Below, piece by piece: positions 1 through 8,298 of a DNA stretch of 64,000 nt (the stretch's first letter is position 1; every line of letters starts with the position of its first letter). The translations under genes were made by a program, and so were the position numbers. Below the pieces are notes generated by a model that ran no database searches, was not told the DNA's origin, and saw only the letters and a list, made by a program, of their open reading frames with translations. Source of the stretch: Polyangiales bacterium (GTDB lineage: Bacteria; Myxococcota_A; Polyangia; Polyangiales; Ga0077539); NCBI GenBank assembly GCA_044229975.1, contig JBGARZ010000003.1:544001-608000 (forward strand), read 5' to 3'.

Positions 1-439
1 GCTCGCGAACGCCGTCCTGCTGGTCGATGACGAAGTCCTGCGGAAGGACGTGGATGACCGTGCGGTCGAGCGGCATCGAGATGCGCCGCGCCTGGTCGAG
101 CACGCGGTCGACGTCCTCGCGCGAGCACTCGTGGTTGGCGATGGAGACGATGCCGTGGGAGTTCACGCCCCGCAGGTGCGAGCCCGCGATGCCCGAAAAC
201 ACCGTGGCGATCTGCACGCCGGCCATCATGCTGGCCTTGTCCACCGCCTCGCGGATGGACTGCTGCGTGCTCTCGATGTTGACGACCACGCCCTTGCGCA
301 TGCCGCGCGAGCGGGACTCACCGACGCCGGTGACGTCCACGCCATCGGCGCCGACCTCGCCGACCACCGCGCGGACGGTGGTGCTGCCGATGTCGAGGCC
401 GACGATGATCTCACCGGGCTTTGCCGAGGGGCGTTCCAT
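1..439 (-). CDS. ftsA: Cell division protein FtsA, N-terminal part (runs off window start)
   Basis: Not in the ORF track. Manual minus-strand translation from ATG at 439 gives MERPSAKPGEIIVGLDIGSTTVRAVVGEV...SRGMRKGVVVNIE...GIAGSH...IHVLPQDFVIDQQDGVRE, the typical FtsA N-terminus; it lies downstream of ftsQ on the same strand. Confidence 0.93.
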   Translation of the reverse strand, partial: MERPSAKPGEIIVGLDIGSTTVRAVVGEVGADGVDVTGVGESRSRGMRKGVVVNIESTQQSIREAVDKASMMAGVQIATVFSGIAGSHLRGVNSHGIVSIANHECSREDVDRVLDQARRISMPLDRTVIHVLPQDFVIDQQDGVRE

Positions 440-547
440 GACGTCACCGCCCTTGCCACACCCCGAAACGCCTCCACAAAATTCCTGCACACATCTCTCC
501 CGTTGTCGCGTTGCGTGGGCCCTCCCGAAATCAGATGCTCCGCCGCG

Positions 548-1243
548 ATGAACGCCCGCCGCCCAGCCTCCGGCCTCTTCATCACGCGCGCGAGGTGGGC
601 CGCGCTGGTGCTGACGATCCCCGTCGGGGCGAGCGCCCAGGTCATCGCTCCGACGGAGGTGACCCTCGCGTCGCCCCCGGTCGGTCGTCCGCCGCGCGCG
701 GGCCGCTTCGCGCTGAGCGTGTCGCTGGGCCCGGCCGGGTTTCGCGCGGGCTTCTCGGGCGCGACGGGGAGCGCATCAGTCGCGGGCGCGGCCGCGGTGG
801 GATCCGTGCGCGCGAGCGTGTGGCTGAGCGAATCCATCGCCGTGCAGGTCGGCGCGGCAGGCGGCATCGCGGTCGCCCCGGCGATGTCCACGGACGTGCC
901 CAACCTCCAATTGGAGAGCGCCGTCGGCTTCCATCTGGTCGGCGGCGGCCTGGTGATCGGGTCGCGGGGGGAAGGCGTGCGCGTGTCGCTGCTGGGCGGC
1001 GTCGCGTGGTCCTGGGCGGTGTTCGGCAGCCGGGCCGCCAACCGTGGTGGCGCCGAGCCCGGCGGCGGGGCCTTCGTGGAGGTGAGCCACCACTGGCTCA
1101 TCGGCGCGGGCTGGACGTTGGGCCTCGGCGCCGTCGGGTGGGGCCTCGGAGGCGGCGGCACCTGGCTCGACTCCTCGACCTCGTCCGACACCCGCTGGAG
1201 TCACTTCGGCGGCGGGCTCCTCGCGACGGTGGCGACGCGATGA
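548..1243 (+). CDS. Secreted protein, probable outer-membrane beta-barrel-like
   Basis: Signal peptide ending ASA-Q, alternating hydrophobic/Gly beta-strand pattern; ATGA overlap with the next gene. Confidence 0.55.
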   Translation: MNARRPASGLFITRARWAALVLTIPVGASAQVIAPTEVTLASPPVGRPPRAGRFALSVSLGPAGFRAGFSGATGSASVAGAAAVGSVRASVWLSESIAVQVGAAGGIAVAPAMSTDVPNLQLESAVGFHLVGGGLVIGSRGEGVRVSLLGGVAWSWAVFGSRAANRGGAEPGGGAFVEVSHHWLIGAGWTLGLGAVGWGLGGGGTWLDSSTSSDTRWSHFGGGLLATVATR

Positions 1244-1944
1244 AGCGGTCGACCTTCGTCGTCGCGTGCGCCGTCATCGCGCTGAGCGGCGAGGCTCGGG
1301 CCCAGACCAGCGACCCTGCGTTTGCGGAGGCACGCGCCCGCTTCGAGGAGGCCGTGACCGCCGTGCGAGCGGGGCGCCCGGCCGACGCAGTGGCCCTCTT
1401 CGAGCGCTCGTACGCAGCGCGGGCAGCGCCGGTGGTGGCCGTAAACCTCGCGTATTGTCTGAGGGGTCTGGGGCGCTTCGGCGACGCCCGCAGGTGGTAC
1501 GTGAGGTTCCTTGAGACGGCGACGCCGGAGGACCTGGCGCGGCACGAGACGACGGTGCGTACCCACCTCGCCGAGGTGTCGCAACGGTTGGCGCAGGTGA
1601 CGTTGGGCGATCGCGCTCCAAGCACCGCGAGCGTGATGCTCGGGGGATTGCCGCTGGGCGCCGACACCCGCTGGGTCGAACCCGGTCGACACGACGCGAC
1701 GGCCGACGCGCCAGGTCACGTCCCCGCGGTGGTCAGCTTCGTGGTGCGCGAGGGCGAGGTCGTGCGCCTGTCGACGCAGCTCGCGGCGCGGCCCGCGGCG
1801 ACGCCCATCACGGAGCGCTGGTGGTTCTGGACGGCCATCGGGGTCGCCGTGGCAGGAGCGGCAGTCGCGGTGCTGGTGCCGGCGCTGGAGCCCGACCGCT
1901 CGCAGCCGCCGGGCGTGTTGGTGGTCCGGACGGGATTGCCATGA
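1240..1944 (+). CDS. TPR + PEGA-like domain protein with C-terminal hydrophobic segment
   Basis: Signal peptide (ARA-Q), TPR helices (ARARFEEA...ALFERSY...NLAYCLRGLGRF..A...Y.RFL), PEGA-like VEPGRH...APGH, C-terminal PITERWWFWTAIG; coupled by ATGA overlaps on both sides. Confidence 0.75.
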   Translation: MKRSTFVVACAVIALSGEARAQTSDPAFAEARARFEEAVTAVRAGRPADAVALFERSYAARAAPVVAVNLAYCLRGLGRFGDARRWYVRFLETATPEDLARHETTVRTHLAEVSQRLAQVTLGDRAPSTASVMLGGLPLGADTRWVEPGRHDATADAPGHVPAVVSFVVREGEVVRLSTQLAARPAATPITERWWFWTAIGVAVAGAAVAVLVPALEPDRSQPPGVLVVRTGLP

Positions 1945-4043
1945 GGTCGTGGCGCGCAGCGATGGCGGCCATGGTCGCGTTGGCGTCGACGGGCTGTGAG
2001 CTCTCGCCGCGGCTCTACCTCACGGTGCGAACCGAAGCGGGCTCCCTGGTCCGCCATGTGAAGGTGCGCGTGTTCTCGCCATCGGGCACCGAAGTGGCCA
2101 TCGGCGGTGGAACGGTCGACTGGGACATCAGCCCGTCGCGCCCCTTGGAGATGGGACTGCGAGCGGGCGTCGGCGGCGAGCGGGTGCGGGTCATCGTCGA
2201 GGGCACCGACGGCAGCGGCGCCCCACCCATCGCGCGTCAGGAGTGGGTGACCAGCATGCCGTCGGAGGGAGCGGGCTACCTCCAGATCGTGCTCTGGAAC
2301 ATCTGCCAGACCATCGACTGCCCCGCCGGGACGACGTGTTCGTCGAGCGGCGCGTGCATCGGCAACACGGTGACGACCGACCCGAAGGGTGGCTCCGACG
2401 GCGGCGCGGGCTTCTGCCCGGAGGTGAGCACCGGAACTTGTCAGCCGGTCGGTGACGCCACGCTGCGGGAGGCCGGCACCGACGCAGGTGTCGCGACGGA
2501 TGCGCCCGCGATGGACGTCCCGCCCATGGATGTCCCCGCGATGGATGTTCCGCGCACGGACGTCGGCGGCCTCGATGCCCCTCGCGATGACGGCCCATCG
2601 ATCATCGATGCGGGCACCGATACCAGCGACGTGATCTCTCCGACCGACACCCGAGATGCGGGCTTCCCCGCCGACGTTCCCACCGACCTCCCCGTGGACG
2701 TCCCGGTCGACACTCCCCCAACCTGCCCGTCGTGGTCTCCCACCCCGCGGACCGGTTGGACGTCCTGCGCGGGCGGCGGCTCGTGCCCGACCCTGTGTGG
2801 CGCCGGCTCGACCTGCATCCAGGTCGAACGCGTGTCCCTCGGCCGCGACCACGGGTGCGCCCTCCGCTCTGACGGTCAGGTCTCCTGCTGGGGCGACCAC
2901 CAGATCGGTCGCCTCGGTGACGGCACCGTGGACGCCGGCCCGACTGCCATTCCGGTGGGCGTCATCCGTGCCTTCTCGGGAGTGGCGCTGACCTCTGTCG
3001 CCGCGCTCGGCGCCGGCTACGACGGAACCTGCGCCGTCGATCGGGCGGGCGAGCTCACCTGCTGGGGCTCGCTCAGCGCCGATCCCCTGGCGACCGATTA
3101 CAACCCCGGGTACTCGGCCGACTCCGCGCGACGCCTGCTCCGCGCCGACGCGGGCGCCGCGGCCAATGTCTTCGCGGGCGTCGGGACCCACGTCGCCCTC
3201 ACCTGCGCCATCGTCCGCGGCACCGGTGGTGTGCGATGCAGCTCGTGGGTTCGCTTTCTCCCCGACGGCACCGATGAGGTCATCGTGAGCCCGCGCGACT
3301 ACCCCACCTTCGACGTCGTCCGGAGCGACACCGGAGCGCCGCTCGCGGGTGCGGTGGAGGTCGGCGTCGGCATCTACCACGCGTGCGCGCGCCTCACGGA
3401 CGGAACGGTGTGGTGCTGGGGCTCCAACCAGTACGGCCAGCTCGGCGTACCGACGCTGGGTGACGGTGGTGGCCTCGGCGCGTCGCTCGCCGCGCAGCGG
3501 GTGGTGGGCCTCGCGGGTGTGACGTCCTTCGGCATCGGCGACTTCTTCGGCTGCGCCATCTCCACGGCGGGCCTGCGCTGTTGGGGCAACGGGAGCCTCG
3601 GGCGCGTGGGCGGTTACCGCGGCGTCGTCGATTGCCCCAACGGCAACGTGTGCACGGCGGTTCCGGTGGCGGTCGAGGGCCTCGACGAGATCGTGCGCGC
3701 CGCGGGGAGCCCGGTCGAGCAGGTGACGGCGGGCGCCGAGCAGGCGTGCGTGCGGCTGCGCGCGGGCCAGGTGTGGTGCTGGGGTCACAACGACGTCGGA
3801 CAGCTCGGGCTGCCCACGACGGGCCCAGGTCGCGTGGACGATCGCGGGGGCGTGATGGGAGCGGCGGTGTTCGTGGGTGCGGACGACGTGGTGACCAGCG
3901 GAGGCGGCGGGGGACAGGCCCGGAGCTGGACCTGCGCGCGGCGACACAGCGACTGCACCTGGTGGTGTTGGGGGCGTATCCCCGGAGAGGTCACACCGCC
4001 CGCCGACCTCGGGACGCCGCGCCTGCTTCGCTGGGGCCCCTGA
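1941..4043 (+). CDS. Lipoprotein with RCC1-like repeats and Asp/Pro-rich linker
   Basis: Lipobox-like STGC; MDVP tandem linker; repeats such as GRDHGCALRSDGQVSCWG and GIYHACARLTDGTVWCWGSNQYGQLG. Confidence 0.8.
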   Translation: MRSWRAAMAAMVALASTGCELSPRLYLTVRTEAGSLVRHVKVRVFSPSGTEVAIGGGTVDWDISPSRPLEMGLRAGVGGERVRVIVEGTDGSGAPPIARQEWVTSMPSEGAGYLQIVLWNICQTIDCPAGTTCSSSGACIGNTVTTDPKGGSDGGAGFCPEVSTGTCQPVGDATLREAGTDAGVATDAPAMDVPPMDVPAMDVPRTDVGGLDAPRDDGPSIIDAGTDTSDVISPTDTRDAGFPADVPTDLPVDVPVDTPPTCPSWSPTPRTGWTSCAGGGSCPTLCGAGSTCIQVERVSLGRDHGCALRSDGQVSCWGDHQIGRLGDGTVDAGPTAIPVGVIRAFSGVALTSVAALGAGYDGTCAVDRAGELTCWGSLSADPLATDYNPGYSADSARRLLRADAGAAANVFAGVGTHVALTCAIVRGTGGVRCSSWVRFLPDGTDEVIVSPRDYPTFDVVRSDTGAPLAGAVEVGVGIYHACARLTDGTVWCWGSNQYGQLGVPTLGDGGGLGASLAAQRVVGLAGVTSFGIGDFFGCAISTAGLRCWGNGSLGRVGGYRGVVDCPNGNVCTAVPVAVEGLDEIVRAAGSPVEQVTAGAEQACVRLRAGQVWCWGHNDVGQLGLPTTGPGRVDDRGGVMGAAVFVGADDVVTSGGGGGQARSWTCARRHSDCTWWCWGRIPGEVTPPADLGTPRLLRWGP

Positions 4044-4044
4044 C

Positions 4045-5469
4045 TCAGCGGTACTGCGGGTCGATGCCGACGCCGAGCGGCGACACCGGCGGAGCGACGA
4101 CGGGCACGGGCGTCACGACGGGCACTGCGATGGGGGCAGTCGGCGGCGTTGCGACGACGGCAGCGCGGAGGCCGGCATCGACGACGGGCGACGGGCGCGA
4201 CCCGCCATGGGAGCTCGGAGTGCGCGGTGATGCGTGCACCGCGAGCGGAGGCGTCGGCTGTGGCGCGGGTGGCGGCGCGACGACCGGCGACGGTGCGGGC
4301 GGAGCGACGACGGCGATGGGGGCCCTGCGCGTCACCGGCGTCGAGAGGCGCACCACCGGGCGAGGCGGCGCGCGGGTCGCGACGAGGGTGGCGGCCACCG
4401 CGACGACGCCGAACGCGGCGAAGGCGACGAGCGGCCAGCGCGAGCGTCGGGGTGCGATGCGCGGGCGCTCGGGGTCGGACTCCGTCGAGCGCAGCGTCAC
4501 CTGACTGATGGCCGGAGAGGTGCGATCGAAGGCGGCCGACGGCGCGACCTCCAGCGGAGCGACCTCGGTCGACGGCGGGAGTGAGCGCAGGGCCTCTTCG
4601 CACGCAGCGATGAGCGCTCGCACCGACGACGGGCGGCGCGCCGGGTCTTTGAGCAGGCAGCTCATGATGGTCGCGGTGAGCGCTGGCGGCAGCGTCGGCA
4701 CACGCGCATCGAGCGGCACCGGGGCCTCGGTGCTAACGGCGATGGCGACCGCGCCCACCGTGGCTCCCGTGAAGGGCAGCACCCCCGACAGCAGCTCGTA
4801 GAGCATCACGCCGCACGACCAGATGTCGGAGTGGGGCGTGACCGAGCGCGGGTCGCGAAACTGCTCCGGGGACATGTACGCGGGCGACCCGAGCGTGACC
4901 GTCGAGCCGGTGATGCGCGGATTGCCCGAGCGCGCCTCGTCGATGGCCGCGAGCCCGAAGTCGAGCAGGCGCGGCGACCACCCGGAGCCCTGTCGTACGA
5001 GGAAGACGTTGCCGGGCTTGAGGTCGCGGTGGAGGATGCCTGCCTCGTGCAGCGAAGCGAGCGCGTCGAGCGCCGGGATCATCAACGGCAACAGCTCGCG
5101 CGCCGGGACGACGCCGCGCCACGAGTCGGCGTAGGCGTCGAGGTCGACCCCGTCGAGGTACTCCTGCACGAGGTACGGGAGGCCGCGACCGTCGACCCCG
5201 ACGTCCTCGATGCGAACGATGTTGGGGTGCACCACGCGGCTCGCGGCCTGCCCCTCGCGCAGCACCCGACGAACGCTCCCCGCGTTGAGGGCGTGCTCGG
5301 GGCGAAGCAGCTTGATGGCGACGGTTCGCCCGAGGGCGATGTGCACCGCGCGGTACACCTCGCCCATGCCGCCGCCACCGAGGCGATCGGTGAGGCGCCA
5401 GCGCTCGCCGAGCACCTCACCGACGCGGGAGGGCCCGTGGTCGAAGTCTTGTTCGTCGACGGAAGGCAT
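4045..5469 (-). CDS. Membrane Hanks-type Ser/Thr protein kinase
   Basis: LGGGGMGEVY, VAIK, HRDLKPGN, DFG, GSPAYMSPEQ, SDIWS motifs; TM helix, Pro-rich tail. Confidence 0.95.
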   Translation of the reverse strand: MPSVDEQDFDHGPSRVGEVLGERWRLTDRLGGGGMGEVYRAVHIALGRTVAIKLLRPEHALNAGSVRRVLREGQAASRVVHPNIVRIEDVGVDGRGLPYLVQEYLDGVDLDAYADSWRGVVPARELLPLMIPALDALASLHEAGILHRDLKPGNVFLVRQGSGWSPRLLDFGLAAIDEARSGNPRITGSTVTLGSPAYMSPEQFRDPRSVTPHSDIWSCGVMLYELLSGVLPFTGATVGAVAIAVSTEAPVPLDARVPTLPPALTATIMSCLLKDPARRPSSVRALIAACEEALRSLPPSTEVAPLEVAPSAAFDRTSPAISQVTLRSTESDPERPRIAPRRSRWPLVAFAAFGVVAVAATLVATRAPPRPVVRLSTPVTRRAPIAVVAPPAPSPVVAPPPAPQPTPPLAVHASPRTPSSHGGSRPSPVVDAGLRAAVVATPPTAPIAVPVVTPVPVVAPPVSPLGVGIDPQYR

Positions 5470-5501
5470 GGACCGGGCGGAGTGAACGGGCGCACGGCCC
5501 G

Positions 5502-5519
5502 GTTGGTCAAGCGGCGCGG
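5502..5519. repeat. Direct repeat copy 1 (gttggtcaagcggcgcgg)
   Basis: 17/18 identical to 6495-6512. Confidence 0.6.
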
Positions 5520-5683
5520 ATGCGGCTGGAGTTCGGAGTCAGCGCGGCCCGAACCGCTTCCGTTGGCTTAGGGCCAGACCCGTCGAGGCCCGTTCCGTTT
5601 CCGGGGCGGACCCAGTGGGTGCGCCTCCTCTAGCGGGCGAGTGTCGCGTCCCAGGTTGAAGCCCATTGTCCGGAGTTGAGAAT

Positions 5684-5931
5684 CCGCGTCGCCCACGCCG
5701 GAGTTCACCGTGCCTTCCCCGCGCTCGTCGCGCTCGGTTCACTCCGGGCTATTTCACGCGGATCGCCCCGCCCGAAGCGGGGCTCAGGCGGCTCGCCATG
5801 GGATGGTGGGGCCCATGATCGGATTCACGGAGCCCCGCTTCGGGCGGGGCGATCCGCGTGAAATAGCCCGGAGCGAACCGAGCGCGACGAACGCGGGGAA
5901 GGCACGGTGAACTCCGGCGTGGGCGACGCGG
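5684..5931. repeat. Long inverted-repeat doublet (REPIN/MITE-like)
   Basis: Arms 5684-5785 and 5830-5931 (102 bp, 2 mismatches), 44-bp loop; each arm has an internal hairpin gccccgc-ccgaa-gcggggc. Confidence 0.92.
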
Positions 5932-6053
5932 GTGTGCTCGTCTGGCGGGCGTCAAAGAGTCGGTGTCCTGACTCGGACACTACCCGGGCGAGCTGGCGCT
6001 TGGCGCTCTCCGGGAGACTTTCGATCATCGATTCCACGGAGCCCACCGACGAA

Positions 6054-6419
6054 ATGCCCACCAATCTACGAGCCTCGCGGAGCATCGGCTGGGCGTTCGT
6101 GCTCGTGGGCTGCGCGTCCCAGCCGGGGCCATCTGGTGACATGCACGACGCGACCACGGGCGATGCAGTTGTCACCTCGGACTCTCAGGTCAATAGCGAC
6201 GACGCCCTGACTAGCGGTTGCAACTTCGGGACACCCGCCTGCGAGTGCACCCTCGTCTGCCCCGACCATGTCTACGGTTTTCGGTGCAACGGTTCGAGCT
6301 GCGTCTGCACGACCGACGGCCGCACGACGACCACCAGCCCTCAGGCGGCAGCGTGCTTACGAGCGAGCGCACGCGATACCATCGTCTTTCACTGTCAGGT
6401 GGCCGCCTGCGCCCAGTGA
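6054..6419 (+). CDS. Small Cys-rich lipoprotein
   Basis: Lipobox LVGC, Asp-rich linker, C-terminal domain with many Cys; codon usage less GC3-biased than its neighbours. Confidence 0.6.
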   Translation: MPTNLRASRSIGWAFVLVGCASQPGPSGDMHDATTGDAVVTSDSQVNSDDALTSGCNFGTPACECTLVCPDHVYGFRCNGSSCVCTTDGRTTTTSPQAAACLRASARDTIVFHCQVAACAQ

Positions 6420-6494
6420 CGCTCTTCAACGGCGGTCCAACGTTGGAACCTCGGTCGCTGGCAATCGGTCGATCACCGCGACGAACTCGGTGAA

Positions 6495-6512
6495 GTTAGT
6501 CAAGCGGCGCGG
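6495..6512. repeat. Direct repeat copy 2 (gttagtcaagcggcgcgg)
   Basis: 17/18 identical to 5502-5519; abuts the ftsQ stop codon. Confidence 0.6.
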
Positions 6513-7442
6513 TCAGCTCCCGCGATGCGCCGTGGGTTCGGCCGCGCTCGCGGTGTGCGCCCGCACCGTCACCCGCTCGGGGTGTCGATCGCTCTCCAGG
6601 TGCACCTCCGACGGCTCCAGCCCGCGGCGGTGCAGCTCACCCAGCACCACCCGCAGTCGCGACAGCTTCGATCGGTATGGTCCGCGTCCCAGCCAGATGT
6701 ACGTGCCGCCGAGCATCACCGAGAGGTCGCCCGTCTCGTCGTGATGCACCTCCTGCAAGCGCGACGACGACCCCAGCTGCGCGCTCTCCAGGTCGCCCAT
6801 CAACGCCAGCGCGTCGCGCACCTCCTGCCGCGCACCATCGGGGCGCTCGCGAAACAGCTCCCGCGAGAGACCCGTCACCACCGGCAGGTCGACCGGGTCG
6901 CCCGGCTCCGCCCGCTTGAACAACGTGCCATCCGCGCTCGCGAGATACAGCCCACCGGCCGCGACCAGCGCCGCGGGCGTGCGCTCCTCGACCACCACGC
7001 GGACGGTGTCCGGGAGCTGCCGGGTCACCGTCGCGCGCGCCACCCAGGGGAGGCGCTCGATGAGGCGGGCGGTGCGTTCGAGGTCGACCGCGAGCACGTT
7101 GCTGCCGGGCGCGAGGTGGGCGGCGGAGAGCACCTCGTCGCGGGTCGTGTGGGCGTTGCCGCTGACGTCGAGCGTGCGCGCCCCGAGGCGCGGCGTATGG
7201 GTGAGCCAGCGGTGCCCGTAGCGACCGGCGACGACGGTTCCGGCGAGGAGGGCCAGTACCGGGACGACCGAGAGGGTCTGCCCGAGGCGGGCGAAGCGCT
7301 GCGACCACGGCACCGACGGGGTCTTCGGCCGGGCCTTCGGCGCACGCTCCACGGGCGCAGGCGGCGGGGGCGGCGCCACGGACTCACGACGAACGCGGAG
7401 GTTCTGCGGGCGCCCAGGCGGGTCGTCGTGGGTGGCGGCCAT
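6513..7442 (-). CDS. ftsQ: Cell division protein FtsQ/DivIB (POTRA domain)
   Basis: N-terminal TM, then VSGNAHT...LPWVARATVTRQLPDTVRVVVEERTPAA POTRA signature and DLPVVTG; lies between murC and ftsA. Confidence 0.88.
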   Translation of the reverse strand: MAATHDDPPGRPQNLRVRRESVAPPPPPAPVERAPKARPKTPSVPWSQRFARLGQTLSVVPVLALLAGTVVAGRYGHRWLTHTPRLGARTLDVSGNAHTTRDEVLSAAHLAPGSNVLAVDLERTARLIERLPWVARATVTRQLPDTVRVVVEERTPAALVAAGGLYLASADGTLFKRAEPGDPVDLPVVTGLSRELFRERPDGARQEVRDALALMGDLESAQLGSSSRLQEVHHDETGDLSVMLGGTYIWLGRGPYRSKLSRLRVVLGELHRRGLEPSEVHLESDRHPERVTVRAHTASAAEPTAHRGS

Positions 7443-7513
7443 CGTTGGATCGCATACCACCAGCGCCCACCCCTACCGGAAGTTGTCGGCAGCGGTCTCG
7501 CTACGACGCACTT

Positions 7514-8257
7514 CTACTGCCGGTCGCGCTCGACCTCGGAGACGAGCTGCGTGGCGCCCGCGACGCCCAGCGGCAGCACCAGCAGGCCGACCCCGGGGAC
7601 CAGCAGCAGCACCGCCGCGCTGGCCCCGAAGCCCAGCACCGCGCGGAAGTTGGCGCGCATCCAGCGCACCCGCTCACGCACCCGCATCGCCCGGAGACCG
7701 AAGGGGTAGTCGAGCAGGTCCCACGCCACGAGCAGCGATCCGAGGACGAACTTCAGCGGCACCGTCACGAACACCGCGAACGGCACCACCATCCCGATCA
7801 CCAGCAGCAACGCGAAGATCGGGAGGCTCACCGCGAGGCCCGCGAGCGTGACCCGCAGCCCCCGCCACGTCGTCTCCCACCAGGCACCGTCCGGGCGGTC
7901 GACGCCGCCGAGCGAGACGTCGATGCGCCGCGAGATCTGGTCGAGTGCGAAGCCTGCCGCGGGTTGTGCGAGCGAGAGACCCAGCAGCACCCCGATGCCC
8001 ACCGCGCCGATGCCCACCGCGAGGGTCTCCAACGCACCGACGATCTGCCAGCCGAGGGCGTCTCGCGCCCGCAGCGGCGCCGAGATGCGCAGGGCCGCCC
8101 AGACGCCCGCGCCCCCGCACACCGTCACGATGACCATGGCGAAGAGCGCCGGGACCATCGCGTAGGGCCACTGCTTCGGGTCGGTGATGAGCCAGCGGGC
8201 GCCGCGGACGAAGCTGCGCGCGCCGAGGAGGAGGGAGGGTGGTCGTTGGGCCAGCAC
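7514..8257 (-). CDS. EI24/CysZ-like membrane protein
   Basis: Several TM helices; WDLLDYPF...R..W motif and LLVPGVGLLVLPLGVAGAT tail typical of CysZ/EI24. Confidence 0.78.
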   Translation of the reverse strand: MLAQRPPSLLLGARSFVRGARWLITDPKQWPYAMVPALFAMVIVTVCGGAGVWAALRISAPLRARDALGWQIVGALETLAVGIGAVGIGVLLGLSLAQPAAGFALDQISRRIDVSLGGVDRPDGAWWETTWRGLRVTLAGLAVSLPIFALLLVIGMVVPFAVFVTVPLKFVLGSLLVAWDLLDYPFGLRAMRVRERVRWMRANFRAVLGFGASAAVLLLVPGVGLLVLPLGVAGATQLVSEVERDRQ

Positions 8258-8298
8258 GGTCCGGGACTCTATGCCCTCTGGGGCCGCGAGGGCGACGG

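Noticed and set aside
27..551. Plus-strand ORFs at the window start
   Set aside because: Shadows of minus-strand ftsA.
5502..6512. Integron cassette with attC sites
   Set aside because: The GTT-containing repeats do not fit GTTRRRY, no paired R''/R' boxes are evident, and there is no integron integrase.
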